NCBI GenBank assembly: GCA_964564415.1
Contig: CAZMAV010000009.1
Coordinates: 80,341 to 144,340 of the forward strand
Direction: 5' to 3'
Origin: an uncultured Bacteroidia bacterium
GTDB lineage: Bacteria > Bacteroidota > Bacteroidia > J057
DNA length: 64,000 bases
Shown here: one piece after another, positions 46,481 to 56,917 of the stretch
Layout of the letters: the number at the start of each line of letters is the position of its first letter
Numbering within the stretch: position 1 is the first letter of the stretch
Position numbers and translations under genes: made by a program
The notes under the pieces: generated by a model
What the model was told of the DNA's origin: nothing
The model's database searches: none
What the model saw: the letters and a program-made list of their open reading frames with translations, nothing else

Positions 46481-46516
46481 AAAGGAGCTTTTCCTGAGGG
46501 AAGGCTCCTTTTTTGC
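46481..46516 (+). terminator. Rho-independent terminator after tonB
   Basis: aaaggagc-(15-nt loop)-gctccttt followed by tttttt. Confidence 0.55.
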
Positions 46517-46582
46517 TATCTGAGCTACAGGAGGATACATTCGCGCAATTACTCCTTGTTTATTAGGGATTGATGTGTAGTT

Positions 46583-47197
46583 TTGCGGAAAATTTCTACC
46601 GGATTGAAGGAGGGAAAACGGATACGACTGGCGATTTTTGCCTCTGGAGGAGGGTCAAATGCAAGAAAAATAGTGGGACATTTTAGGGGTCATCCCCACG
46701 TGAGTCCTGCCCTTTTTTTGACTCACAATCCCCAATCAGGGGTACTGAATCTGGGCAAAGAAATCGACTGCCCTGTTTTGGTTCTGGGAAAAAGTCAAAT
46801 CAGGGATGGAGGCTATCTTTTGGCACAGATGGACCTTCATCACATTGATCTGATAGTTTTGGCTGGATATATTAAATATATCCCCGCGGAGCTGGTTAGG
46901 GCTTTTCCTGGAAAAATCCTCAACATTCATCCTTCGCTTCTGCCACAATTTGGTGGAAAAGGAATGTATGGCGTCCATGTACACCGAGCCGTCCTGGAAG
47001 CCGGAGAGACCAAGTCGGGCATGACCATACACCTGATAAACGAGGAGTACGACAAGGGGGAAATTATTTGTCAGGCAGAGGTAAATCTCGATCCCTCCTG
47101 GACAGCCGAAGAGGTGGCAGCCGCTGTCTTGAAGCTTGAGCATGAGCACTATGCCCCCACCATTGAGCGGGTATGTGAAAGGTTCTTCCCTGAATAG
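46583..47197 (+). CDS. purN: Phosphoribosylglycinamide formyltransferase
   Basis: 'RLAIFASGGGSN', 'IDLIVLAGYIKYIP', 'LNIHPSLLPQFGG', 'GVHVHRAVLEAGETKSGMTIHLINEEYDKGEII'. The ORF begins at a TTG; the true start may be the TTG at 46604. Confidence 0.85.
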   Translation: MRKISTGLKEGKRIRLAIFASGGGSNARKIVGHFRGHPHVSPALFLTHNPQSGVLNLGKEIDCPVLVLGKSQIRDGGYLLAQMDLHHIDLIVLAGYIKYIPAELVRAFPGKILNIHPSLLPQFGGKGMYGVHVHRAVLEAGETKSGMTIHLINEEYDKGEIICQAEVNLDPSWTAEEVAAAVLKLEHEHYAPTIERVCERFFPE

Positions 47198-47226
47198 AAA
47201 TTTTTCATTCGATTGAAAGCGGCATT

Positions 47227-48747
47227 ATGACAGCAAAAAAAGCGATACGCTCCGCCCTCATTTCTGTGTATCACAAGGAGGGACTGGATAAAATAGCCAA
47301 AGAACTTATCGAGCGGGAGGTGGTCATCTATTCTACTGGTGGTACCGCTCGTTACTTAGAGGAAATCGGGGCAAAAGTAAAGGAAGTGGCCGACCTGACC
47401 GGCTTTCCTTCCATCCTGGGAGGAAGGGTCAAAACCCTTCACCCCAAAGTCCACGGAGGTATCCTCGCCCGCCGAAGCGAAAGCCAGGATATAGAAACCC
47501 TTGAAAAATACGAGATTCCTCCCATCGATCTGGTGGTGGTAGACCTCTATCCCTTTGAAGATACCGTGGCCTCAGGAGCTTCTGAAGAGGAAATCATAGA
47601 GAAGATTGACATAGGTGGGATCGCCTTGATCCGTGCAGCCGCCAAAAACTTCGCTGATGTGACCTGTGTCGCAAGCCAGGAAGACTATGCTACCTTGGCC
47701 AAGCATCTTGGTGAGCAAGAGGGCAGCATCAGCCTGGAGCAGCGCAAGCAGTTTGCCGCCCGGGCCTTCGATGTCTCTTCACACTACGATACCCAGATTC
47801 ACGCCTACCTCGATCCTGATTTTTCGGGTCTAAAGCTTTCCCTGAGCAAGCCAAGGCATCTCCGTTACGGAGAGAACCCTCATCAAAAGGGCTATTTCCT
47901 GGGAGACCTGTCCCGGGTATTTGACCAGCTAAATGGGAAGGAGCTGTCCTACAACAACCTGGTGGACATAGACGGAGCCTTACAACTGGTAGATGAATTT
48001 GAAGAGCCATTTTTTGCCATTATCAAGCACACCAATCCCTGTGGCTGTGCGGTTGGCAAGGATTTCAAAGAAGCCTGGCATAGGGCCTTGGAGGGAGATC
48101 CTGTATCCGCATTTGGAGGAATTCTGGCCTGCAATGGCCGCATTGACAAGGAGCTTGCCGAGGAGATCAACAAGCTCTTCTACGAGGTGCTGATCGCAGA
48201 AGACTTTTCTCTGGAGGCACTGGAAGTCCTTCAAACCAAGAAAAAGCGCATCGTCCTCAAGCGCCTTTCTAAGGAAAGCCATTCACAGATCCTTAAGTCT
48301 GCTGTCAATGGTTATCTGATTCAGGACAAGGATCACAAAAAAATTGGATCGGAGGACCTGGAAGTCAAGACCAGTCGCAAGCCTGGAAAGGCCGAGCTTG
48401 CGGATGTTCTTTTTGGGGACCTGGTTTGTAAGCATCTAAAGTCCAATGCCATTGCCCTGGTAAAAAATGGACAATTGATCGGAAGTGGCATAGGGCAGAC
48501 TTCTCGTATCGACGCCTTGAAGCAGGCCATTGCCAAGGCGGAAGCCCGGGGTTTCGAACTCGAGGGGTCTGTATTGGCTTCTGACGCTTTTTTTCCCTTT
48601 GCCGACTCAGTAGAAATGGCCCATGCCAAGGGAATTGGGGTAGTGGTCCAACCCGGAGGCTCGGTCCGCGATGAGGATACCATTAATTTTTGTGAAAGTC
48701 ATGGCATGTGCTTAATTTTCACCGGGATAAGACATTTTAAGCATTAA
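47227..48747 (+). CDS. purH: Bifunctional AICAR transformylase / IMP cyclohydrolase
   Basis: 506 aa. 'ALISVYHKEGL', 'STGGTARYL', 'GGRVKTLHPKVHGGILARR', 'GGIALIRAAAKN' and the C-terminal 'VVVQPGGSVRDED'. Confidence 0.9.
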   Translation: MTAKKAIRSALISVYHKEGLDKIAKELIEREVVIYSTGGTARYLEEIGAKVKEVADLTGFPSILGGRVKTLHPKVHGGILARRSESQDIETLEKYEIPPIDLVVVDLYPFEDTVASGASEEEIIEKIDIGGIALIRAAAKNFADVTCVASQEDYATLAKHLGEQEGSISLEQRKQFAARAFDVSSHYDTQIHAYLDPDFSGLKLSLSKPRHLRYGENPHQKGYFLGDLSRVFDQLNGKELSYNNLVDIDGALQLVDEFEEPFFAIIKHTNPCGCAVGKDFKEAWHRALEGDPVSAFGGILACNGRIDKELAEEINKLFYEVLIAEDFSLEALEVLQTKKKRIVLKRLSKESHSQILKSAVNGYLIQDKDHKKIGSEDLEVKTSRKPGKAELADVLFGDLVCKHLKSNAIALVKNGQLIGSGIGQTSRIDALKQAIAKAEARGFELEGSVLASDAFFPFADSVEMAHAKGIGVVVQPGGSVRDEDTINFCESHGMCLIFTGIRHFKH

Positions 48748-48831
48748 TTTTTTGGATAATTATGAATTCCGTTTGTTCGGAATAAGTAACTGTCTTTTTC
48801 ATCTTCTACCCTTTTATCATCAAGACACTCG

Positions 48832-49854
48832 ATGGGAGTATTCGATTTTTTCACCACAGACATTGCGATAGACCTGGGAACGGCCAACACACTGATAATG
48901 TACAATGATCAGGTCGTGGTGAACGAACCCTCCATAGTAGCTATAGATAGGATGTCGGGCAAGGTCATTGCGGTAGGTCGGGAGGCCCAGCAGATGCACG
49001 AAAAGACCCACGAGAAGTACCGGACCATTCGTCCCCTCCGCGATGGAGTGATTGCTGATTTTACGGTAGCGGAGCACATGATTCGGAAGATGATCGGCAT
49101 GATCCCCCGCAAGCGCCGCTTGTTTTCTGCCAATTATCGCATGGTCATTTGTATCCCCAGTGGCATTACCGAGGTCGAGAAGCGAGCTGTGAAGGACTCT
49201 GCGGAGCAGGCAGGAGGCAAGGAGGTATATCTCATTCCCGAGCCCATGGCAGCAGCTATAGGAATTGGGCTCAATGTAAAGGAACCTACCGGCCACATGA
49301 TCGTGGATATTGGTGGGGGAACGACCGAGATTGCTGTGATCGCCCTTTCGGGCATCGTTACGGACCAGAGCATTCGCATCGCCGGCGATGAATTTAACGA
49401 TGACATCCTGGATTACATGCGAAAGCAGCACAATATGCTCATCGGTGAGCGAAGTGCCGAGCGCATCAAGATAGAGGTGGGCGCTGCCCTTCCCGAACTT
49501 GAGGAGCCTCCATCGGAGATTGAGATTCGAGGAAAAGACCTGATGACAGGGATTCCCAAGACCATTTCGGTTTCTTACAAGGAAGTATCCCACGCCCTTA
49601 ACAAATCAATTACCAAGATAGAAGACGCCATCCTGAAGGCCCTGGAAAATACTCCTCCTGAGCTTTCCGCAGATATTTATGAGCGAGGAATACATCTGAC
49701 GGGGGGAGGAGCCTCCCTCAGAGGGCTGGACATCCGGCTGGCCGAAAAAACTAAGCTCCCCATACACGTGGCCGAAGATCCCCTTAAGGCCGTAGTCAGA
49801 GGTACAGGTATTTCCTTGGTCAACCTCGATGAGTTTAAATACCTCCTGGGCTGA
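48832..49854 (+). CDS. mreB: Rod shape-determining protein MreB
   Basis: 340 aa. 'IAIDLGTANTLIM', 'VDIGGGTTEIAV' and 'ERGIHLTGGGASLRGLD' are actin-fold motifs. Confidence 0.9.
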   Translation: MGVFDFFTTDIAIDLGTANTLIMYNDQVVVNEPSIVAIDRMSGKVIAVGREAQQMHEKTHEKYRTIRPLRDGVIADFTVAEHMIRKMIGMIPRKRRLFSANYRMVICIPSGITEVEKRAVKDSAEQAGGKEVYLIPEPMAAAIGIGLNVKEPTGHMIVDIGGGTTEIAVIALSGIVTDQSIRIAGDEFNDDILDYMRKQHNMLIGERSAERIKIEVGAALPELEEPPSEIEIRGKDLMTGIPKTISVSYKEVSHALNKSITKIEDAILKALENTPPELSADIYERGIHLTGGGASLRGLDIRLAEKTKLPIHVAEDPLKAVVRGTGISLVNLDEFKYLLG

Positions 49855-49907
49855 AGGGAAAATCAGGTCGGGAAGTGATGTTGTGCAGGCTGTAAGTGGA
49901 TTGAATT

Positions 49908-50792
49908 ATGTTTCGATTGCTAAGATTCTTTTCGAAGTACCGCGACAACCTGTTGTTGGCGGGGCTTCTACTCACGGCCTTTATCCTTATCGTTCGTGCC
50001 AATGACCATCAGCGCCATCTGGCGGGTGATGCCCTGCTCAATGCCTCAGGAGAAGTTCAGGAGTCGGTTTCCCTGGTCTACGAATACCTCGATTTGTGGG
50101 AGGAAAATGAAAAACTCAAGGTGCAAAACAGCCAGCTGCAGGAACAATTGGACCTGACCCGGCAGCGCCTGGATACCTATGCTGGAATGCTCAATGCCGA
50201 CAGCCTAGAATGGGCGAAGCTGGATTCCCTTACCCAAACCGACCTCGACACTTTTCGCTATATTCCCGGGAAGGTTATTAAAAATACCACCCATAAGTCC
50301 TACAATTATCTCGTGCTCAACAAGGGAGCCAAGGAAGGAGTCAAAGTTGACCGTGGGGTGATTTCTCCTAAGGGAATCGTAGGGAGGGTGATACGGGTGG
50401 TAGATAACTATTGCCTGGTTCAATCTGCCCTCAATGTAGACTTCGAACTCATGGTGAGGGCTGCGCCCAAGGGAGAACCCCTCAAGCCCGGTGCTACAGG
50501 ATTTTATGAGTGGATCCCCAAGGACAATCGAAGGGCCCGCATCACCTATGTGTCCGAAACAGTGACGGTAAAGGAAAATTATGAAGTAGTGACTACTGGC
50601 AACAGCATCGTTTTTCCCCCGGGAATCCGCGTGGGACGGGTATCGGAAGTCGAAAAAGAAAAAGCCACAGGATTTTACCAGATCGACATGGAGTTGGCGA
50701 CTGACTTTGAAAAACTCAGAAATGTATACATCATGGATGCCAGCCACAGGGAAAGGATCGACAGCCTTGAAACAGGAGTGATAAAGGAATGA
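49908..50792 (+). CDS. mreC: Rod shape-determining protein MreC
   Basis: N-terminal TM segment, a coiled coil 'ENEKLKVQNSQLQEQLD', then a beta-rich domain. It sits between mreB and mreD. Confidence 0.8.
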   Translation: MFRLLRFFSKYRDNLLLAGLLLTAFILIVRANDHQRHLAGDALLNASGEVQESVSLVYEYLDLWEENEKLKVQNSQLQEQLDLTRQRLDTYAGMLNADSLEWAKLDSLTQTDLDTFRYIPGKVIKNTTHKSYNYLVLNKGAKEGVKVDRGVISPKGIVGRVIRVVDNYCLVQSALNVDFELMVRAAPKGEPLKPGATGFYEWIPKDNRRARITYVSETVTVKENYEVVTTGNSIVFPPGIRVGRVSEVEKEKATGFYQIDMELATDFEKLRNVYIMDASHRERIDSLETGVIKE

Positions 50793-51295
50793 CAAATATT
50801 TTGAGACATAGCCTGGGATTTGTCCTGCTCTTGGTTTTCCAGGTCTTTCTCTTCAACCATCTGGTCCTCTTTCAGATGGCCCTACCCTTTGTCTTTTTAA
50901 TTTTTCTCTTCATGCTTCCCCTGGATACCCCTCGCCCCCTGATGTACGGGCTGGCTTTTTTCATGGGGCTGGTGGTGGATATATTTTCTGACCATTCCGC
51001 GACGGGGCTTCACGCTTTTTCAGCCCTTATGGCATCGGCCATGAGGGTAAGGCTGGCCAGCACCCTCAGTGCTTCCAACTTCAGGGGAGTAGAAGAAATC
51101 GACCTCCCCTCCCAAAGCTCTGTATGGCTGCTGATGTACATAGCCATTTTATGTTTTATCCATAATTTATTTTATTTTTTACTAGAAGATTTCACTTTTC
51201 TAAGAATTTTTTATGTTTTGGGAAAGGCCTTCTTTAGCACCCTTTATGCGACGGCCATTGGATTTTTGATCGTTTACGTTTTTTATAAAAAATAA
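50789..51295 (+). CDS. mreD: Rod shape-determining protein MreD
   Basis: 168-aa polytopic membrane protein. Overlaps the mreC stop by 4 nt. Position in the operon. Confidence 0.7.
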   Translation: MTNILRHSLGFVLLLVFQVFLFNHLVLFQMALPFVFLIFLFMLPLDTPRPLMYGLAFFMGLVVDIFSDHSATGLHAFSALMASAMRVRLASTLSASNFRGVEEIDLPSQSSVWLLMYIAILCFIHNLFYFLLEDFTFLRIFYVLGKAFFSTLYATAIGFLIVYVFYKK

Positions 51296-53112
51296 TGGAA
51301 AGGCAGCAAATTCGCGGCATCATCATCCTGGCCATCATGGGCCTGATCCTCCTCCTCTACATTGGGAGGCTCTTTTCCATTCAGATCCTCAGCCGTGAAT
51401 ATTCTCAAAGGGCCGAGGGTAATGTCATCAAGACCCGGCCGGTGATTCCTCCCCGTGGCAATATCTACAATCGCCACGGAGAAATCTATGTGAGCAACCG
51501 GCCCGTTTTCAATATGTACATTACCGCTTCCGAGCTTTACATTCCGGATACCACTGTCTTGCTCCAATACCTGGATATGGACAGGAAAAGCCTGGAAAAT
51601 ATTCTCAAAAAAGCTTCAAAAAACCTACACAAGTACAAGGCATACCTCGTTTCCCGCAACATTGAAAAGGAGACTTACGGAGCCATGCTGGAAGCCTTCA
51701 TCGACTTCAGGGGCATCAGCTTTTCGGTGGCTAATAAGCGACACTACAATTATCCGGTGGGAGGCAACATCCTGGGCTATATCAATGAGGTCGACAATAC
51801 GGACATCATCGCCTCCGAAGGTCGTTACCGAATGGGGGACCTGATCGGAAGGGCGGGAATAGAAAGGTCTCAGGATACCCTTCTGCGGGGAAAACAGGGA
51901 AACAACAAGGTCTTGGTCAATGTAACGGGTAAGGTTGTCGGTCCCTATGCAGAGGGAGAATTCGACCAGGAAGCTGAAAAGGGCCAGGACATCATGCTCG
52001 GGATTGACACTGACCTTCAGGCCTTCGGAGAGTCCCTCATGGAGGGAAAAAAAGGAAGTATCGTAGCCATCAATCCGGGTTCGGGAGAAATTTTGGCATT
52101 TGTAAGCGCACCTACCTATGATCCAGCAGCTCTCACAGGAAAAAAATTCAGCGAGAATTTCATGCGCCTCAAGCAGGACTCGCTCTCGCCTTTGTTCAAC
52201 AGACCCCTGAGGGCCCGCTATCCGCCCGGATCTATCTTTAAGATTCCCCTGGCCCTGGCTGCCTTGGAAGAAGGGATCATAGACCCCAGGACCTACTACA
52301 CCTGCGGGGGAGGGTTTCGCCGCAACAGGGGCAAGCCCGGCTGTCGTTATCACGCTCCGCAGAAACTCAAGTCTGCCATCCGGGTATCCTGCAACTCCTA
52401 TTTTGCGGCTACCTACTACGACTTTATCCACCACGACCAATACGAAGACCACGTAGAGGGTTACAATACCTGGTACACATACATGAAACAAATGGGAATT
52501 GGTACCCGCCTGGGGCTGGACATTCCCTACGAAATCAAGGGACTCCTGCCTACCGCAGAGTACTACGACGCCTTGTACAGGAAGCGCTGGAACGGAATGA
52601 CCATCATTAGCAATGCCATCGGCCAGGGTGAAATCCTCATGACTCCGGTGCAAATGGCCCACTTGGCTGCCCTGGTTGCCAATCGGGGCACCTACATCAA
52701 TCCCCACTTTGTAAGGGCCGTCAGATCAAGAAAAAGCAGGGACTGGATCAAAGTGTCCTACGAAAGAAAAAGCGTTGACATTTCCAGTCAAAACTTTGAA
52801 CTGGTCATCGATGCCATGGAAAGTGTGGTCAATGGAGGTACGGGGGGGAGGGCCTTTCTTACCCATACTCCGATGGGCGGAAAGACGGGTACGGTGGAGA
52901 ATCCTCATGGGGAAGACCACGCTGTATTTATCGGTTTTGCCCCTATCGAACAGCCGCAGATCGCCATCGCTGTGGTCCTGGAAAACGCTGGCGGAGGAGG
53001 AAGTTGGGCAGCACCCACAGCCTCCCTCATGATCGAAAAGTACATCAAGGGCGAAATCATAGATAAAAAATGGGAAGAGCAGCGAATCAGGAAAGCAAAG
53101 TTCTCAAACTAG
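51295..53112 (+). CDS. mrdA: Penicillin-binding protein 2 (elongasome transpeptidase)
   Basis: 605 aa. 'PPGSIFKIP' (SxxK region), 'SCNSYF' (SxN) and 'GGKTGT' (KTG) motifs. Confidence 0.85.
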   Translation: MERQQIRGIIILAIMGLILLLYIGRLFSIQILSREYSQRAEGNVIKTRPVIPPRGNIYNRHGEIYVSNRPVFNMYITASELYIPDTTVLLQYLDMDRKSLENILKKASKNLHKYKAYLVSRNIEKETYGAMLEAFIDFRGISFSVANKRHYNYPVGGNILGYINEVDNTDIIASEGRYRMGDLIGRAGIERSQDTLLRGKQGNNKVLVNVTGKVVGPYAEGEFDQEAEKGQDIMLGIDTDLQAFGESLMEGKKGSIVAINPGSGEILAFVSAPTYDPAALTGKKFSENFMRLKQDSLSPLFNRPLRARYPPGSIFKIPLALAALEEGIIDPRTYYTCGGGFRRNRGKPGCRYHAPQKLKSAIRVSCNSYFAATYYDFIHHDQYEDHVEGYNTWYTYMKQMGIGTRLGLDIPYEIKGLLPTAEYYDALYRKRWNGMTIISNAIGQGEILMTPVQMAHLAALVANRGTYINPHFVRAVRSRKSRDWIKVSYERKSVDISSQNFELVIDAMESVVNGGTGGRAFLTHTPMGGKTGTVENPHGEDHAVFIGFAPIEQPQIAIAVVLENAGGGGSWAAPTASLMIEKYIKGEIIDKKWEEQRIRKAKFSN

Positions 53113-53118
53113 GAAACC

Positions 53119-54402
53119 ATGAAGGAAAGACGGTTTAGGAGATCACTCAATATCGACAGCCTCACCCTGGGCATCTACTTTCTCATGGTGCTCCTGGGCT
53201 GGATGACCATCTATTCTGTCAGTTCAAGTGGGGGAGAGGGAGAGATATTCGATTTTTCGACTACCCATGGCAAGCAATTGATTTGGATGGGCATAGCCGT
53301 GTTGCTTGGGGGCTTTGTGTTGGCCATAGATTTTCGACTCTTCAAAACCCTGGCCTATGTGGCCTATGGAGGAGCCATAGCCTTATTGATCTTAACAATC
53401 TTTGTGGGTGAGGAAATTAATGGGGCCAAGGCCTGGCTGGTGATCGGAGGCCAGCCCTTCCAGCCAGCGGAATTTGCCAAGATCGCCACTGCCCTGGCCC
53501 TGTCCCGCTACATGTCCACCCAAGGATTTTCCATTTCCAACTTCCGGCAATTGGCCATTTCTGCTGGCATGGTCATCCTGCCTGCCATTATCGTAATCTT
53601 TCAAAATGATACCGGATCTGCCCTGGTTTTTGGCAGTTTTATCCTGGTTTTCTTTCGCGAAGGCCTGTCTCCCCTGCTGCCTATTCTCTTGATATTTACT
53701 GCCCTGGTAATCATCTTTACCCTCTATCTCAATAATTTTCTCTACATCCTCCTGGGGCTTCTCCTGGTGGGCGCTATCAGTTTTCTGATCACCTACAATA
53801 TCAGGTATCTGATGAGAAATATACTCATTCACGTACTGGTACTGGCCTTCTTTGGAGGGCTTTCCTTTGGTGCTCAGACCCTTTTCCAGAAACTACCTCC
53901 TCACCAGCAAAATCGCATCCTGGTTTGGTTCAATCCCAAAGCCGATCCCTTTGGTGCGGGATACAACGTGATTCAGTCAAAGATTGCCATTGGCTCGGGC
54001 CATATCTACGGCAAGGGCTACTTGGATGGGAATTATACCAAGTACAGATTCGTACCCAAGCAGGAGACAGACTTTATATACTGTACCATCGGCGAAGAAC
54101 TGGGCTGGGTGGGATCGACCTTCGTAATTATCCTATTTTTTGTCCTTTTGGCTCGCCTGCAGTTCATGGCGGAAAATGGGAAGATGCGCTTTACCCGGAT
54201 CTATGGCTACTCCTGTATGTCCATTATATTTTTTCACGTATTGGTAAATGTCGGGATGACCATCGGTTTTATTCCCGTCATTGGCATACCCCTGCCTTTC
54301 TTCAGTTATGGAGGTTCGGCCATGATTTCATTTACCCTCCTTCTTTTTGTCATGATCAACCTCTACGCCCACAGGGGAGCGGTTTTGTCCCGATCCCTCT
54401 GA
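53119..54402 (+). CDS. rodA: Peptidoglycan glycosyltransferase RodA (SEDS family)
   Basis: 427 aa, 10-TM protein. 'AWLVIGGQPFQPAEFAKIATALALSRYM' and 'TDFIYCTIGEELGWVG'. Confidence 0.85.
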   Translation: MKERRFRRSLNIDSLTLGIYFLMVLLGWMTIYSVSSSGGEGEIFDFSTTHGKQLIWMGIAVLLGGFVLAIDFRLFKTLAYVAYGGAIALLILTIFVGEEINGAKAWLVIGGQPFQPAEFAKIATALALSRYMSTQGFSISNFRQLAISAGMVILPAIIVIFQNDTGSALVFGSFILVFFREGLSPLLPILLIFTALVIIFTLYLNNFLYILLGLLLVGAISFLITYNIRYLMRNILIHVLVLAFFGGLSFGAQTLFQKLPPHQQNRILVWFNPKADPFGAGYNVIQSKIAIGSGHIYGKGYLDGNYTKYRFVPKQETDFIYCTIGEELGWVGSTFVIILFFVLLARLQFMAENGKMRFTRIYGYSCMSIIFFHVLVNVGMTIGFIPVIGIPLPFFSYGGSAMISFTLLLFVMINLYAHRGAVLSRSL

Positions 54403-54478
54403 TTTTAGATTCCTTCCTCCATGCGAATGTGAAGGAAGAATGCCGAAATTAGAGCTGAGGCACCTTCTTAAGGACTAT

Positions 54479-55615
54479 TCAGGCCAGGATTCTTTTCAGG
54501 TGCCAGGCAGCGTAGCCCGGACCTGCTGTCATGCCCTTCCCTCCTATGCCGGTGAGGACATGGACATGGTCGCCAATTTTTTCCTGATAAATATCTCTTT
54601 GCTTGCACTGCGAATACTTACCGATCCATTGGCGGCGCAGCTTGTAGGTGGGTAAATCGAAAATCTTTTGAGCTTCCTGAAGGATATACCGGGTAATATC
54701 CTCCTCTATATCCATTCCCAGTTGATCTGCAATAGCAGCTTCCTGATAATGGTGGGAATCCCCAATGATCATGGAACCATCTTCCCTTTGTTTGAAAAGA
54801 ATGTGAACCCCCCACTTTTTCCAAAGACTATCTGCCTCTTCACGGGCAGCTATTTCTGGATAGGAAGGACATTCCTGAAAACTCTCATACCTGCGAATGC
54901 TCAGCCCTGTGAGGATGTTAGGACCAAGGACAAGGCCGGGCTGGGGCAGGGTTTCCATCATCTGCAATTTGACCGCAAGTAGGTCGCTCTTAATAAATTG
55001 CTCCGGAAAAAGGGCCTTGAACTCATTGCCGCCGCAGATCAGAATTTTCCGGCCCTTGTAAGTTCGGTTTTGAGTATCTCTGACTGCGGGGGCAAGGACT
55101 TCCCGGATCTGTGTACCGGGATGGTAGTTCAGCCCCATCTCCTCTTCCAAGTACTTCAGGACCCTTCTGACCATGACCCTGGGGTCCAGGCTCATCTCTT
55201 CGGGAAAAAATAGTCCTCCAAAGCAGTAATCTTTCCTCAGTCTGGGATACCTTTCAAGGCATTGAGAGGAGCTTAGCAGTTGGGAGGTATAATTGTTTTC
55301 CCTATTGATATGGGCGACCTCTTCCAGAAGGGTCATCTCCTCGGCATTGGAAGCCAGGTAAACGCTACCCTCTTGTCGGAGGCTTATATCTACAAGGCGC
55401 TGAAGTTGGCGGTAAATGTCCAGGCTTTTTCTGCCGAAGACTTGCCACTTTTGGTTCATCCCCGAGGGAACGATCTGCCCAAAATTTTGGGTAGAGGCTC
55501 CTCTGGGCCGATCGTCCTTCTCGAAGAGCCTGACACTGAGGCCCTTTTTGAGGGCATGATAGGCATGAAAAGTACCCAGCACTCCCCCTCCAATAATAAT
55601 GAGATCTGTCGTCAT
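54479..55615 (-). CDS. FAD-dependent oxidoreductase (DAO family)
   Basis: 378 aa. N-terminal Rossmann motif 'DLIIIGGGVLGTFHAYHAL'. Confidence 0.7.
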   Translation of the reverse strand: MTTDLIIIGGGVLGTFHAYHALKKGLSVRLFEKDDRPRGASTQNFGQIVPSGMNQKWQVFGRKSLDIYRQLQRLVDISLRQEGSVYLASNAEEMTLLEEVAHINRENNYTSQLLSSSQCLERYPRLRKDYCFGGLFFPEEMSLDPRVMVRRVLKYLEEEMGLNYHPGTQIREVLAPAVRDTQNRTYKGRKILICGGNEFKALFPEQFIKSDLLAVKLQMMETLPQPGLVLGPNILTGLSIRRYESFQECPSYPEIAAREEADSLWKKWGVHILFKQREDGSMIIGDSHHYQEAAIADQLGMDIEEDITRYILQEAQKIFDLPTYKLRRQWIGKYSQCKQRDIYQEKIGDHVHVLTGIGGKGMTAGPGYAAWHLKRILA

Positions 55616-55973
55616 GGCGATCTGATTGTGAGTTCACAAGATAAGCATCACACGAGACACGGAGAATCTCCAGAGCGCAAATTGTGATGCGGGCTACCAT
55701 AATTTATGTTTAATTATCTCTCACCTGTTGCATACTCCAGCCTAATAATTGGGGAGCTATTTCTTCTCAAGTGATTTCCCTCTCCTTGGGGTCCTTCTCC
55801 ACGAATTTTTTGATTCACCCCATGGATGGAGACTGGATCAAGGGAGACAGTGACAGGATGGAAGGGGGGTGTAGGAGGCTTTTAACATCCTTTTAACACC
55901 CCAGACCCTTGACGTAAACATGGCCCATAGCTAATTTCGCATTAAGTAGAATAAGCAGAAAATATCATCTCGC

Positions 55974-56897
55974 ATGGATATTGCGGTCAATTCGATGTCC
56001 AAAAGCTATGGCCTACAAAAGGCTGTCGATGACATCTCTTTTCAGGTCAAAACAGGGGAAATCGTAGGTTTTTTGGGTCCTAATGGAGCCGGGAAAACCA
56101 CGACCATGAAGATCATTACGGCCTACATGTCTCCCACATCTGGGACCGTGAGGGTAGGTGATTTTGATGTAAACGAGGATGCGAACTCCATCAAGCCCTT
56201 GATTGGATATTTGCCTGAAAACAATCCCCTCTACTTGGAAATGCCTGTTTTGGAGTACCTGGCATTCGTAGCCGACGTGCAAGGGGTGGAGAAGGGAAGG
56301 ATAGCGGAGCGAATCCGATCTGTGGTGGGCAGCTGTGGCCTTGATAAGGAAAAACACAAACGTATACAGGAGCTTTCCAAGGGCTATAGGCAGCGGGTCG
56401 GACTGGCTCAGGCCCTCATCCACGATCCTGAAATTTTGGTCCTGGACGAGCCGACTACCGGTCTGGACCCCAATCAGATTGTGGAAATAAGAAACCTCAT
56501 CCGCGAGGTGGGCAAGGAAAAGACGGTCCTCCTCTCCACCCATATCCTGCCGGAGGTAGAAGCGACTTGCGACCGCATTCTCATCATCAACAATGGCAAA
56601 ATCGTAGCGGATGGCACGGCCGAATCCCTCCGCCATGCCTTTGAGGGTCAGTTTACCTTTAAGGTCATGATCAAAACCGCAGGCGATATTTCCGGTGAAC
56701 TGAGGGAACTGGAAGGGAGTGCCAATGTGGAGATATTGCCTGAGGAGGCTCACCGGTACCGGATTACGGCGACCGAAGATGAAGCCTTCAGGGCGAGGCT
56801 CTTTAACTTTTGTGTAGACAAAAACTACCTTCTCCTGGAGTTGATTCCCGAAACCAAGAGCCTGGAGGATATTTTCCGAAACCTTACCCTCAACTGA
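55974..56897 (+). CDS. gldA: Gliding-motility-associated ABC transporter ATP-binding protein GldA
   Basis: 307 aa. Walker A 'GPNGAGKTT', signature 'LSKGYRQRVGLAQAL', Walker B 'ILVLDEPTTGLD'. Sits directly upstream of gldF and gldG. Confidence 0.75.
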   Translation: MDIAVNSMSKSYGLQKAVDDISFQVKTGEIVGFLGPNGAGKTTTMKIITAYMSPTSGTVRVGDFDVNEDANSIKPLIGYLPENNPLYLEMPVLEYLAFVADVQGVEKGRIAERIRSVVGSCGLDKEKHKRIQELSKGYRQRVGLAQALIHDPEILVLDEPTTGLDPNQIVEIRNLIREVGKEKTVLLSTHILPEVEATCDRILIINNGKIVADGTAESLRHAFEGQFTFKVMIKTAGDISGELRELEGSANVEILPEEAHRYRITATEDEAFRARLFNFCVDKNYLLLELIPETKSLEDIFRNLTLN

Positions 56898-56917
56898 TCT
56901 TTCAAGATTCCTTTACC